A stretch of 64,000 nucleotides of DNA from positions 3,407 to 67,406 of the forward strand of contig JBFMEB010000009.1 in the NCBI GenBank assembly GCA_040753675.1, given 5' to 3'. The position numbers and the translations under genes were made by a program. Of this stretch, positions 12,801 through 27,800 are shown piece by piece; the stretch's first letter is position 1, and each line of letters begins with the position of its first letter. Source of the DNA: Candidatus Omnitrophota bacterium (GTDB taxonomy: Bacteria; Omnitrophota; Gorgyraeia; JAHJTE01). The notes beneath the pieces were generated by a model. The model did not search any database and was not told the DNA's origin. It saw only the letters and a program-made list of their open reading frames with translations.

Positions 12801-15800
12801 TAGAAGGTATGATTAGGTTAAGAGACAAAGCCAATAAATTAGGCATAAAGATAGTGCTGGATTTAATGTCGCATTTTGCCAGAGCAAATTATTCGTATGA
12901 ACCCATATTACCGGTTTATATTGCTGATAGGGAAAGGTTAGAGCGTCGTGCTGGCTGGGATGGGATTTCATCTGAATGGTTTGATTCATTTATGATAAAT
13001 ATGCGTCAATTAAAAAATGTAAATGCCTTGGTTAATATTTCTAAAGAATTGGCAAGCTTAGGAATTTATTTACGCGTTGATGTTGGACATGCCTTTGATA
13101 GCGTCTTTCCACTTCACTTTAGGCAAAACGAGCGTAGCCGTCTCTTAGGAGAAGTGGTCAGTACTGGTTTTGATTCATTAGATTTACGCGGAACTTGGGA
13201 GCCAAATATTTCTCTATTGGCAATTGCTTATGAAACACAAAAGGAATTCCATGGATCGGTTATGTATGCAGAGCAATGGCATGGAAATGAGGCGCGGATG
13301 ATTAAATCTGGTGTTACTGCTCCTTACAATCCGCTCCAAAAGGTATTAGAAAATACTGTTCATAATGGCGCAGGTGTTTATCAGCCGCAAGGTCTTTACG
13401 AAACCATGTGTTATCTTAACAAAATTTTATCTGCCTGCGGCGGACAAACCGTTAGTTTATTTAATTCTCAAGATGAAGAAGCGCCTCTAAGTAATTACCA
13501 GAATTCTATCTGGCCGGTAGCAAGTTTCCTGGTTTTCTCTACTTACGGACCTTTGCTTTATCATTTAAGTCGCTTACCCGGCCCTGAAGTTGGAGATTTA
13601 AAAGAGCGCTTTGCAGTAGCTTATTTAGAGAGTTGGAAGCATTGGGTAATGAATCGCTTAAATCATCCCTGGCAAGGAGAAGAAGAGGCGCGCAGAATGA
13701 TTTTGGATAAATATCCATTATTGAGGAATTATCCCGATTATATTAGGCAACTTTTTGACTTTGCAAAGCGCAATCGGATAATTACTCACGGTGAAATTAT
13801 ACCTCTTTTGACAGGGAACGAGCGCGTGGCTGGTTTTGCTCGCAGACAAAAAGGCGAAACTGTCATTTGTCTATTTAATTTTCCAGAGGTTATAGGTAAT
13901 GAGTTAGTTCCTATCGCACATCAAGTTAGTTTTAGTTTAGAGAACTTAGGTCTAAAGCCGGATAGCTTCTATTGGATTCAGGAAATCTACAACAATGAGT
14001 TAGGCCGAGCTAAGAGGTTAAGGAAGAAGTTCTATACCGGTGAAGAGTTGATACATCTTGGATTCTGGGCAAATATGGGTCCGGTAGCAACAAGGATATT
14101 CAGCATCAAAGAGATTCCTTCAGAGCCTAATAGGCAAACGCTGATAATGGAATCCCTGCGCAGATATCACAGGTATGGTAAAAATCGCATAGAGCATAGC
14201 TTTATAGCCAAACTAATCAAATCATCTTTAGTCAATAATCGCAAAAGTGGACGAGAGGCATTTATTGATATATTTGTAACAATAGTTAATTTAATTAAAG
14301 AAAGAAAAATTGATTTAGAAATCGGCAGTATAGCAAACCTTTTAAATGATATAACTAACCAGAATCCTCTTTTAAGGCAAAGATTGGTTGAACGATTAAC
14401 ATTGATAGCGGCAAACGAAAAACTTATACCCGATTCTTTCATACGCCAGCAGGCAGTTGCGACATTGCGGGTTTTAGAGGTAGGCACGATTGTTCTTATT
14501 TCTCCCGAGGCACGTTATGGCGGAGGCAAAGGCGGCGTAGCGCTTTACGTTTCAGATTTTGCCGAATCATTAGCTGATTTAGGCTTTGACGTTGTTGTGG
14601 TGACAGCGCTTTATGGCATAAACAGAGAATTTATTTTTAAGAATTTCCATCCGCGATTTAATGGGGCCTCTGTATTTATAAACTTTCCGAATGCCTATAA
14701 GGAAGGCGAACCGGTTACTTATGGTGCTGGCCAGAGAGTAAATATACTGAATTCAAAAGTGGGTAAAGTCAGAGTATTATATTTGGAGAATAGTTCATAT
14801 TTAGATTATCCTTACGGCGGGCTTACTGGAGAAGATAAGTTAAGACGTAGCCATTTATTTTCGTTAGCAGCCCTGCTGGCATTGCGTAATCAAAATATCT
14901 ATCCGTCAATAATTTTGACTAATGATTGGCCGACATTCTTAGCGCCAGCTTATTTAAAGTTATACAGCGAATTAGCCAGTGATGAACATTTTGTACACAC
15001 TAAGATAGGCTCAGTCTTGCATAATCCTCATCCGAATTACAGCATAACTATAAAGGAAGATAATCGTACGAGAAAAGATTACTTTATAAAGGTTATGGGT
15101 TTAGATCCTTGGCAACATTGGCGGGTAGTTACAGACCCAGATAGCGGTGAGTTGTCACTTACTAATTGTGCGCTAAAAATGTCTGATTTTCTAATTACAG
15201 TTAGTCAGCCGATAAGAGATAGAATTATTAATGAGCCGCATGTCTTTCGTTATCAAGCTGCATATAGCGAGAAACACAAAGCCGGATTATTCTATGGCAT
15301 ACAGAATGCTTTCAGGATGTCCGAAAGGCAGAGGGTATGGTTTATATCCAGAAGCAGTATGGCAGAGATTGCTGATGTCAAGACAAAACATCGCTTATTT
15401 GCAAGATGGTTGCATCTTAAAAAGACAGCTAAGCAAGCTCTGCAAGAATATTTTGGACTGGATAAAGATAGCCAAGATAGAAAACACATTCTTTACTCAA
15501 TGTTGCATCGCATCTCCAATCAAAAGGGATTTCAGTTATTGGTTTGGAAAGTCAATGACCCAGAGACAGGCAAGGAAGAAACGATTTTAGAGAGATTGCT
15601 GCTTTCCGATGAAAGGATACAATTTATTATTGCCGGAGAGCCAGAACATAGTCCTGATGGAGAATACTTTGATAAAGAATTCAGGCGAATCAGCCAAGAT
15701 GTTAGATTTAAAGGCAGATTTGCATATCGCAATACCTTTGTTAATCCTGTTAGCGAGAGAGCACTTTATCGAAATATATATTTGGGCGCTAATTGGTTTG

Positions 15801-18800
15801 TAATGCCTTCTGGCGGTGAAGTTGGTGAACCAGGGGGCTTGAGTAATTTAGAAGCTTTGGCAGCAGGCACACCTGTGATTGCCCATAATCAGGATGGCCT
15901 TAAAACTACAATTCACGATCCATATTTTGGCGATAGCGAGCCGATAAACGGTATAAAGTTTGAAGGCTTTAATGGTCCGGCATTGCTGGCGATACTTATT
16001 GAGGCAAAAAGAATTTATTTTGACGAGGTGCATAGCCGTACAGACAGACGAGGCAGGCCAATAAAGTATCGCACTATAAGTTTTAATGCCGCTAACACAG
16101 ATAGTCGCTGGATTAATCCCCTTAGAGAATATATTGGAATTTTTGAGAATATTATTTCAGGTAAAATTCCAGAGGATGTCCAGGCGATTGAGCTCTTGAG
16201 CGCACTTTCCAGTATACCCGAACAGGAAATCGCAGACGTAATAATAAAGAAAGGCTATAAGCCTTCCAAAGCAGCTGAGATTATTGTTTGGGCGTTATCT
16301 CATCCGATAAATATAGTGCGCAAAAAGGCAGCACAGATAATCTGGCATATGCACAGAGCTGGCGTACAGGATATGCGCAGACTCCTCGAACGAGTTGATA
16401 GATGGGCTAATGAATCGATTAAGCATTCAGCAGAAGTTCTCCTAAGAAGAATAGTTATGCTCGCTTTACTGGCTTTACCTATATTAGGCGCTGCTGGCGT
16501 TGATATAACTGGTATTTTTAGTATTGATTCTACTCCTTATTTGGTCCTTGTAGCTGCGGTATATAAGAGGGGCCATAAAAAGAGAGATAGCCGACATCAG
16601 GTTAGTAAGCACCGTGCAGTAGCTCAAATTCAACGAGATATACGAATCCTTAAACATAGCCAAGGCACCCGACAGGTTCATCGAAATTTAGTTAAAGATA
16701 TACTTAGCAGGCTTGAGTCAGGCAAGTTGGATTTCGATTTGATTAAAAAGTTAGATAATTTAATTTGGCTAAAACATTTGATAAGCGAGATTAGTTGCAA
16801 GAAGAAGTTCACAGAGGTATCTTTCGATTTGCATTTAGAATTACTTAACTTCTTGCTGGGCCTTGATGAGTTTAAGGAAAAACTTGCCAGAACAGTCGAA
16901 CACTTAATTACTGATAAGACAACTTCCCTTTTAGTTAGTCCTAATTTCAAAGCCGCAGCCGCGAGGGCGCTTGAGCAATTTAAAGCGCAAAAGGAAAATG
17001 GCAGTAGCGTTAACTTGCATCCTTTGGTTTTAATATTAGCTTTACTTATTAGTGTTGGTTTTGTCCTTCTAGCTCACAACTCACTACCGATAGCTCATAA
17101 CTTTTCTGCATTTATCCTCTTCGGTTTTATATTCTCTCCAAGCCACAATCCTCACTATAGGAGAGTCAAAGCAATAATCAGGAGAGATTCCATAGATTTT
17201 GAAGGAGAAATAACGATAGAAGAAAAATTTGGCCTGAGAATTAGCTTATCTTGCCTGAGAGATCTTTTACCTGAAAATGGAGAACTTAGAGTTTTGGTTA
17301 TTCATGAGAAAGATGGGCTTAATGTTTCTTCTGTTGGCTATCACAAACTCGCAGCTATATTATACGAACTTTCGAAGGTAAAAGAAAACATCGACCCGCT
17401 CACAACTTTTTTAATTAATGGTTTTAGCATATCTCCTGAGAAAAGTCTGTATCTACAAATTAGATTAGCTCAAATTTATCAGGAAAACTCATCTGTGGTT
17501 GCAGTTAAGTTGATATTCGCCCTCGATGAACAAAGTGAGGTTAGTATACTCAAAGGTGTAATAGATACAATTTCCACATTAGTTAATACAATTGTGCCGC
17601 CGGATTCTCAATCGCTGTTTCTTGAGAAGTTAAGTAAAAAATTACTTAGAAAATTATTCGATGGATTAACTATATTAGTCAGATCTCATCCTAATGAAGA
17701 TATAAGAGCCGAGGCCTTAATGTTGTTTACCGACATATATGTAATGCAGCAGTTAGTTAAAGCAATTGCAGAAGACAAAAGACACATTACAATATTGCCT
17801 TTTTCGTCAATAGAGTTGTTATCGCGGGCCTTAGGAGATGATAGTTATAGAGTTCGAGAAGTGGCGATAATAAGTTTAATTAAGTTAGGGATAAAGTATA
17901 ACCTGCCAGATGAATTAAGAATTCCGATTATTGAGTTATGCCTAAGGGAAGATATGTTAGATTTAGAAAGAGACAACTTAGGAATATTATTTAGCAACCT
18001 TGACTCTTTGGAAGCAGTTCTAATGTTAGAACGAGTTCTCGAGATAGAACTTTCATCGGAAAATCCAAGGCCAGAAAAGATATATTTCTACCTTAGGACG
18101 CTACAAGAATTGACTCCGGTAAGTTATTTTCTACTAAAAAGAATTCATAGCCAAAGACCTGAGCTTGAAATTAGCTTACCAGAAGATAATCCGGAAAAGG
18201 CTATAGGAGGAATAGTAGTTTTATTCGAAGATAGCGAGTCAGGAATTTTTTACAAACTCGTTACAGAACCGGAAAAACCACAGGATATTCAGAGTCTTGA
18301 GCTTAATTTAACTTCGGGGATAATTTTTAATGAGGCGCGCGGTTTAACTGATAGAGATAGAGTTAGGGCATTGGCTTGGTTAAATATTTTAGGCGCTAAT
18401 AAAGATACATTAAGAAAAATCCAGACAGAGGCAAAGATAAAAAGTGCAATCTGGTTTTTATCCGCAATTATAGTTTTGCTTGTGGCTTTCGGCTTTATCC
18501 ATCATCTAGTCCCGAATGTAGAAACTGCTTTAGCTATTCTTCGGGATCCCGAAGTTATTCTTAAGGGGGTAGCTTCATTCGGGATATCTTTCCTTCCATT
18601 TTTCTTTGGATTCATAAGATCGCCAAATGTTGTTCTGGAGAGAATACTACCTTCTTATCCCAAACGGGTTCTGGCAAAAATAACCAGAGAGGGTATTGCA
18701 TTTAAGGTTGAGGAGGGTAGAGAGCTAAGTCCAATAGATAAACGGAATTTAAGGGATAATTTATATTGTTTAATGAAGTGGTTAAAAGTTGGCAGTTACC

Positions 18801-21800
18801 TAGAAGTATGGGTAATTTACGATGACATTGTTAATTTGTCAGTTCCCGGACTTAGTAACTTAGGATGCGTATTAAATCATCTATTAGTGGTTCAGAAGAA
18901 TGAAGAACAAGTGGCAGGGTTTTTGATTAATGCTTTTATTGTTGCTGCCGGAGCCGAGGCCCTATTTATTAAGGAAGCATTGGTAAATGCTTATCGTAGA
19001 AATCCGCCGCTTATACAGAATCGTTTAATAAACTGTTTAGATAGCAGAGTGCATTCACAGATTGTTTCCGGGGCAATAGATGTAATAAGCCAGTTGCTTG
19101 ATAGGGAAGAACTAGAATTCCTCTGCAATGTAAAAGATAAATTGGGCTGGCTGATAGAAAATCATCCAAATGATTCTGTACGAATAGTTGCATTAGAACT
19201 TTGGACAAGTATAGATTTAATTTTAAAGCAAAAAGAAAATGAAGACGACAGTCCGAATAATAGTCTTGGCTTTGAACAAATTCAAATATTTGAAAAAGCG
19301 CTAAAGGACCAGAATTCAGGGCTTAAGAATATGGCATTACTAAGTATAAGGCGCTCAGGTTTTATGTTTAATATGCCTAAGGAATTAATCAAGCCAATCA
19401 TTGACTTGATAAGGGATCCTCCATACCAAGATGTTGAAGAGTTAGAAGCTTTTCTGTTGGCGATTGATAACATTGAGGCGGTTTATCTGGTTGTTGAGGC
19501 AATTGATAACTTAGAATATTTAAAGCTTCCTGCAGTAGATTTTCGCATGAGGACACTAGAGAGATTATGGCCAGTCAGTCATTTTGTTTTAAAGCGCCTT
19601 AAAAGTGAGAGGCCTGATTTGCCTCTTTATTTTAAAAGAGATGACCGAGAGGCAATTAAGGCAATAATAGGGTTACTTGAGTCAGAGGAGGGAGAGATAT
19701 TTGGCGAGGTACTTATAAATGAACCTGTAAGCCCTGAAGAGCTAAGGCATATTTTGATAGATAGGATTATCTTTGATAGCCAAACACTAATTTCTCATCA
19801 ACGTATAACTCCAAAAGCAACGAGAAGGGCATTAGCTACTTTAAGAATTTTAGGTGTTAGTAAAGGAGAATTGGAATCGATTATTAAATCAGTAGGACAT
19901 GGCCAGTCTTTGCTTTTATCAGCAAGCTTACCTCCTTTAGGACTTGTTGATTTTAGAGAAAGTATATTTGGCTACTTGGTTGCGTGGGGAATAATTACCT
20001 TAGCTACAGTTGTTTTTGCAATTTGGGTATACAGCATTATTTCTAAGAAACACAGATATTATAAACAGAAGAAAGAGCTTGAGAAAAAACGAGAAGACAA
20101 GATTTTATCTGCTTTTGTTCCAGACGAGGAATTAACCAACATCAGGAGAATACGGTTTAAAACTTTAAAGAAGCCGACAAATACTATTGCAGGAGAAATA
20201 AGTGGAATTGAGAAGTATTTAGCTTATATTCTGGTTCAGGCAAAGATTGTGGCAAGCATAGTTGAAAGACGCTCCTTCAATAAGTTGAATTTTGTTCCGC
20301 CTTACCTGTTAGAAAGAGCGGGTATTGTTGCAAGACAAGCTTTAGAGAAAGTAACGTCTCAGACTAATCAGACCGTTAGAATAACCAACGCTGTAGAAGA
20401 GCGGGAATTAGCTATGAGAGCCACTGCTTTATTTGAAGGAATGGTTATTGGTCAGGATAGGCTTGATCCTGGAACACATGTTGGGCTTGACGTTATTGAA
20501 TGTAGCGCTGGTTTAAATTCTTCAGTTAAGTTAGGATTATGCTCTCTGGGTATTTATTCAAGCTACTTTCCAGAACATGAGTTTCCAATGGAGCGTACCA
20601 GGGGCGCTGTTTATTATGAAAAATTCATATTGTCTCCGAGGCTCTGCAGAGGCCGTCCTAGCATAGATCTTTCCGGAGATTATAATAAAGTCCTTGAGGA
20701 ATTAGCCAGGGTTAAATATGAGGAGTCTTTGCCAAAGAGAATACTTGACCCAATATTTTCTCTTACCGGTGAAAAGTTTAAGCGAGTTGTAAAAAGTATT
20801 GTAGGTTGGTTTTGGCTTCCCGCAGATAAAATTATTTGGAGATTTATTAAAGTTGGGATGCTGGCAAGGCCTAGACATAAATCTCGATTTGACGAATTAG
20901 TCAGAAGAGGTGTGCCGGTAAAAGAGAAAGATTTCGAGCGCGCTTTAGAGATTGCCAGAGAAAGAGGCATATATAAAAATGGTAACATTATTTTAGTGGC
21001 AGAAGGAGATTGCACGCCCGCCCTAGATTTAGCCTTAGAAAGAGGGACAATAGATTGCTTTATTGGAGCTGGCAGGACGTTAGAAAGTGTATTTGCAGCG
21101 GCAGTGCTTAAATTTAATGGCGGTGAGATTTATACCATACCTGCATCTATTGCCGCGTTGAGCAGAAAAGAGGCAGATATCAATACAGACAGGGATAAAT
21201 TCAATACCACTGAGATAGCCGAAATGAAAAGAATCGGAATCGTTGAGCCGGGAACGGAAAAAGGCAAACAAGTCTCTTGGAATAAGACACGTTCAGCAGG
21301 AGATTTGTTTAAAGCTGATAAAGAAACATTGTTCTCATTCGGATTTATTGAGGATAATCCATGGGGTTTTAAAGGCGCGAAGATGGATTTAAGAACAGGC
21401 CTCATTACTGTTCCGGTTCTTTTTGGTGACGAGACTGGCGAAATAACTATTGCCTATATAAGTTTTGAGACTAACATAACCCAGGAAATCAATAATTTAA
21501 AAGTTGCCAAAGGAAAAGATAGATTTCTGCCAATGTTTCGCCTGGCACAATATTATTGTAAGCGCGGTCTTATTGAACAAGCAAGCATACTCTATGTGGG
21601 AATAAAAAGATTGGCCTCAAGGCATAAAAGCGGTTTTGGTGATTTAATAATTGCTTTGGAAGCATATATTACTGCAGTAAGAATAATAAAAATTGATAGT
21701 CCTGCGGATTATAAGAAACAAGAGGTTAAACGAAGAAGGTATAGAGGACAATATGATGCAGCCCTGCAGCAATTAAGAAAAGTTGCTAAGTATGATCCGG

Positions 21801-24800
21801 ATGATGACTTAGATTCAAGACAGCTTTTAATATCATTAATAAAATTTATTTCATTGTTTATTTTTGACCTCTCAATAAAACAGTTTAAAAATTTGGAAAT
21901 TAAGAGAAAGATAGAGGCCAGTCCCGAGGATATCAGAGAATCCAGGAGCCAAGCCAGGAAAATTAGTTTTAATACTGTTAAAGCACTAAATACCCTGCTT
22001 GAAATAGGAAAAGAATGCGGCCTGCCCCAGGCAGACATTGATTTAATAGAATTGCAAGTTAATGTAATTAAATTGCTTCGGAAAGCAAAAGATAGCCAGC
22101 AAAAATTTGCTACACTTGCTAATATTTTTGCAAAACTTCATGATAAATACAGAAGGATGCATCTAAATGATACTGCATATAAGATGTACGAAGAAGGTAT
22201 GCTTTATTGTCAGAGAGTTATTGATGATTATGGCGGCTCATTGCTTGTGAGTAGCGCAATGCAGATGGCAGAAATTCTTATGGACTCAGCGAGACATCCC
22301 GAAGCAATTGAATGGTTTTTAAATATTTTAGATAGGAAAAGAAGAGCAGGTTTAGTTGCTTTCAAAGGCAAAGAACCTGAGAAGGTGCTTGCAATTATGC
22401 CTGATGAGTTTGCTGCGAAAGAAGAAATTGTCTGGCCGCCATTATTAGAGAAAGCTGTAACTGGTTTAATAGATTCGGCAATAAGTTTGTTTGGATATGA
22501 TGATGTGGAGGCGATATGTAGCCGTTTAGAAGTGCTTTTCTTTAACGAAGATGCAGTTGTCCGCATGATTACTATCAAGGTTTTTGCAGAGAGGAAAAAT
22601 TTGATAAGTAGTCGAATCCTGATTCATTTCTTGGGAAATCCTCTATATATAGAGAAAATATTTGCGGATTTCGATTTGCCAGAATTTAGAGATCGCTTTA
22701 TTATTTATGACAAACGCGATGTTAATTATCCGGGTATTTTGAAGATTATCAAACGAACTGTTGCTACGAGAGCAGTGTTAAATGTTTTAAGGCGCTATCT
22801 TTTAATAGAAAATTTGCCTATAGTAAGGCAGACGTTGAAGATTTTCACGCGAGTTGGCTCAAAAGTTGATTTAGTTATCTTAAGAGAATTCATGGCGAGG
22901 CTAACGGCAAAACCAAGATGGTTAAAGACAGAAGAGAGAGATTCTTTGATAAGATTAATAGCTGGCAAGGGTCTAAAAAGCGGTGTTAAGCGTCGAATAA
23001 ATTCAAGAGCAAAATTCGCAGAAGAAATATTTAGTTTATTTTTAACTGCCGCTTTTAAGCCCAGGGCAGCAAGCGCAAATGTAGTATTAGGAGAAAATGA
23101 AACTGATGAAGAGCTAAAAAGATTGTGGCGTTGGGTAACTAAGATGTTTACTCTAAGTGGAATTAATACAAATAATATTTGTGCAGTTGAATTTGAATTA
23201 GGGTTAACCGATTATCAAATAGAGCGCGTATTTGATTCATTGAATTTAACGCTAATAAATGCAGCCATCAATCGGTTTAATGCGATGAAGGAATTGCCTG
23301 CAGAAATTCCAGTATATGATTTGACTGATGATATGTGCGTTAGTTTGATACCGATGTATGAGAGAGTGCCTCTTGAGCCGGATTTGACTTACAGTACCAT
23401 ATTTAAAATTAAAATTGGCAAACAGAAAGCAAAATTACAAACAACAGTTTTTTGTCTTGCTCCTTTGTTCTTTTTTAATTATTTTGCTTTCGACTATTGG
23501 CTATCAACCTTTATTTTTGGTTTGTTAATGTTTATATTAGCTAACACTAAGTTACTAGGTCCAAGTTGGTGGGAGTGCGACGCAGAATCAACCACAAATA
23601 AACCTGAGCAGAGACCGCCAACTCTGCAACCCAGAAAAGTTGGGCGCTTAACAGAGGCGGGCGATAAAGCGCCACAGCTAATAACAAGACCAGCTGTCAA
23701 CAAGGAAAAGTCAGCTTCAAGTACTGTTGGTAAAGATCAAAAACCTGATATAGGAATAGTTAGAGAGCGGCTAATAGAAGCGGTTAAGGCTTGGAAAAAA
23801 CAAAATAAAAAGCCAGTGATTAATGTTGAGGCTGCTGAAAGACTTTTAATTGGTATTTTAGAAGAATTGGGTTGGCGAGGAAAGATATCGAAAAATGTGT
23901 TTGAAGATTTGGTTATGAAGGTGGTATTTGAAAAACCTAAAGGCGGATTTCTTACATCGTTTATAATTTTAACTAGCATCTGGTATCTAGCATCCAGTAT
24001 CTCAGATCTTTTAGCCCTTAGCTCATTGTTCTTAGCTCCTAGCGCATTTTTATCCAGCATCCAGCATCCAGCATCTAGTATCTCAGATTTTCTAGCCCAT
24101 GGCTCACAGCCCATATCCCATAGCACCCTTGCCTTTTTGCCATTTATATTCGGCATGGCTGCTAAAAACGAAGATAATCCAGACGGTAAGAAGGACCAAT
24201 TAATAAATTTGTTGGTCGATAAAATTGGCATTTTAAATATCAAATTTACGCAAATTTTAGATTTATATCGCAATATCCCAGATGTATTAGAGCGTGCACT
24301 ACAACTGGACCTGGCTTCTTATATCATAGCTAATAAATTAGGCCTTGATGAACGACGTAAGAGAATATTAATAACTGCCTCGTTACTTTTACCTGTAGAC
24401 GACTTCGTAACTTTGAGTGGAGTCAAAGAAGTAATAAGCGAGACCCTAAAGGATGATGATATAAGAGAAGCAGTATCTATTCTTAATTTAAGCCATAAGG
24501 AGTTCAAAACAGGTAAACAAGGCATATTAGTCGCTACAGCAGGAGTTAATTTCGACTTAGTGATTTTACAGCAAGCTCTTTATGTATTAGATTCTCTTAT
24601 TTCACCTGAAGTTAGCGATATAGATAAGTTTCTTAAAGGGTTAGAGAAAAGGCTTCCAACAGGCGAGATTGATAAAGAGCTATTTAAAGCTGTCTTTAGT
24701 TTATGTAAAGATACCAGTAACAGATCAAAACGCTTCAGAAGCTTGTTAGATATTCCGCATATCACTTGTCATTTTGCTGCAGATGTGCCGCAAAAGATAA

Positions 24801-27800
24801 GGCCGAAAATCTCTGATGCCTTGAATAATTTAAGGGATGAAACAGGCGTTGGTAATTTCCATATTGAGTTTATTGGAGAGGGGATTAGTGATTATGTAGC
24901 TTCAGAAATTCATTCCCTACATCAGGCAGGCTTAGATATTGGCCAGAGTAACGAAGATTTAGTGAATTGGTTTGTTAACCGCTTTGGAGAGGAAGCAAGA
25001 GAAAAAGCGCAGAGAATGAGGAGAGATCAGCTTTTTGCTATTCAATGCCGTACTGCTGTAGTTGATACGATGCATAATGCCATACTGGCAAGGCAAGTTC
25101 AACGTTATATTATAGGTTATTCAATTGATGTACAGCCTCTAGCTAAAATTTTAACTATTAAAACCTCCAAAGAAAAGCAGATTGAGATAGACATAGCTGA
25201 TGTGCCGCAAGCACTCAAACCGACTGATTTACAAATTCAAGATGCTGTTACCAGGCATTTTAAATATTTAATAACCAGATGGCAGGAATTAAATCCTAAA
25301 AGTCCTCTTACCATTAATATAAGAGCGCTTTTCTTCAGGCAGGCATATACTCACTATGCAGCAAAACTTAATCGTCTGCGCGGCTCGCCCCTCGATACCC
25401 TTTGGCCCTCTTTTTACGCTGCCTGCGTTATTTATCCTGCCATAAGACAAAAAACACTTGAGTTAATTGACCTTTTCAAGCAAATATCCCAATTATCTAA
25501 CGAAAAACAAATAGACGACGTTATTAGCGGATTCATCTCAACTCTTACTTTAAAACGTCCGCTTACAGAGAAAATAATCTACGAGCATATCCGTAGGGCA
25601 ATCAATCCCAACTGGCAAAAGAAACCCAAACAAAAATCATCTCTTAGGCTTCCTGCGCAAGGCGAACTTTTCGGCGTCTCTATTCTTATGATTGGATTAG
25701 GCCTTGCCTTAGTTTACAATCTAATACATTCAGGGACAAATCCAGAAGTATTTGCTGCTGGTTTTGTCTTTCTTGCAAAGTCTGACAATCTGAAATCTAA
25801 ATTGGTAGAAAAATTAGAGAGGTGGAAAGATACAAACCTAGGCGGGACAATTTTAAATAGGCCATTATTGTTGGTAGGCGCAGTTATGAAATTACTTGCT
25901 GCTAATTCTTCAGTATTTTTGGCAATAATTATTTATAACACGTATTTTACCAACGAACCCTTATCAGACTTTAAACAAATTTTCTATCCTTCGGTTATTA
26001 TGTTATCTTTATTGGTTATGGAATCATTTGAGCCAGTGCAACATTTAATTTTTCCAAAATTTGCCAAACTTTTCTATCCTAATCTCTTTTACTTTAGCAT
26101 TAGTAATTGGATGGCAAGAATTTTGGGAGCAGAAATTCAAAAGGTTCAGAGAAACACTAAGACTGTTGAGGATCTCGATGACTTAGCATTAATTGACGAA
26201 ATTAAATTAAGACATTCGGTTAGATTTTTAAATACACAAAGATTCTTACCAAAGCATATTGTCAGATCAAAATTATCTAAGATACGGGAACTGATCATTG
26301 AGGTAATTGGCATTCTTATCGGAAGTGCCATCTTAAGTTTAGTGGCATTTTCTCTTGTATGGGTGATGGAGTCTAGAGAATCATTGATAGATACTTTTGG
26401 ATACCTATATTTTACGCCACTAGTTTTATTATTCGTAATTATTATATTTAATCTGGGCAATTTCGGTATCCATTTTATCTTTTATCATTTCCATCTTCTT
26501 TATGATGAAGGAAAGATTTTTGTAGGTGCACAGACTATAAATACAAATATTGATCCACGCTTGGTTACTAGGACAGGAGAAGAGACGTCTGAGGATGAAT
26601 TAAGAGGATTATTAGTAAGGTGGCTTTATAGTGTAGACGTAAAGCGCTCTTTAATTACAAGCTTGGATCATCTGATCAGTATACTTCAGGCCAAGGTTGA
26701 AAAATTCGGTGGGAGAAAAATCGGCCGGTTGGTTTTGTATGGGCACGGGGCTACGGGGACTTTTACATTTAATAATGAATTTTATCTTTGCCTATCTAAT
26801 ATGGATGATTTGGATGTGGTAGCTAAACTAAGTAAGATAGGCGAATTCCTTGTAGAAGGGGCAACTGTCGTAATTAGCAGTTGTTATGTCGGAGAAGGCA
26901 AGCGCGGCGATAGATTTATGATTGCTTTTGCTAGAAGAGTCTTTGGCAGTAAAAGAGGCGCATTGATTACCTATTCAGATTCTAATATGTGGCAGGGTAA
27001 AAGATATGAGTATGAGCCTTCTTATTTAGCCGTACCTAAAATTCAAGAGGTGGTTATCCATCGCATCGGACTTCTAGGCTACAAGACAACTCCTTTGGAA
27101 CAAAGGAATTTAGCAATAAGTCCACAGCATGATAGGGTAGTGCAGGAGATTCGAGGCCGGACAATAAGAGACATGCTTACTAGAGGGTTGTCGGTGATCT
27201 TACTTATGTTTGGGGGTTTATCTTTCATTTCTTCAATCCTTTGGCCACAGGCAAGCCTTGCCCCGCCGCTTTTAGCTCATAGCTCGTCGCTCATAGCTCA
27301 TAGCCCGCTTTTATCTAGCATCCAGCATCCAGCATCTAGTATTCAGTATCTGGCATCCAGTTTTCCGTTCCTCATCCCTGCCTCGCCGGCAGATGGATTA
27401 TCGGCCATAAGCTGTGGGCTGATTGCTGGCTTTATAGGTTCGATTTTCCAAAATCAACAGGCACAGTTTGCTACTATAAAAAGAGGCGATGGTTCTATTG
27501 AAGAATGGGAAAGAGGAAAATTAGTTCGAGCACGGGTGCCTTATCGGGGAGAATATCTTGAAATTGTCCGCGTCTCTAAAAGGCATCCGGATTCTTATGA
27601 AATTTGGTTTGCCGGCAAGCGTATAGATGAGGATTTGCCTTATGGATTTGCTTTTAAAGAAAGATTTGATTTTAGGAGAGGGCGCATTTTGGAAGTTGGA
27701 GCTCTATTCCTAAAACCCGATTATCGTAATAATGGCGTAGGTTTTGTGTTGGTTAAATGGCTCGCTCAACATGCGGCAGAAAGGGGCATAACAACACTTA

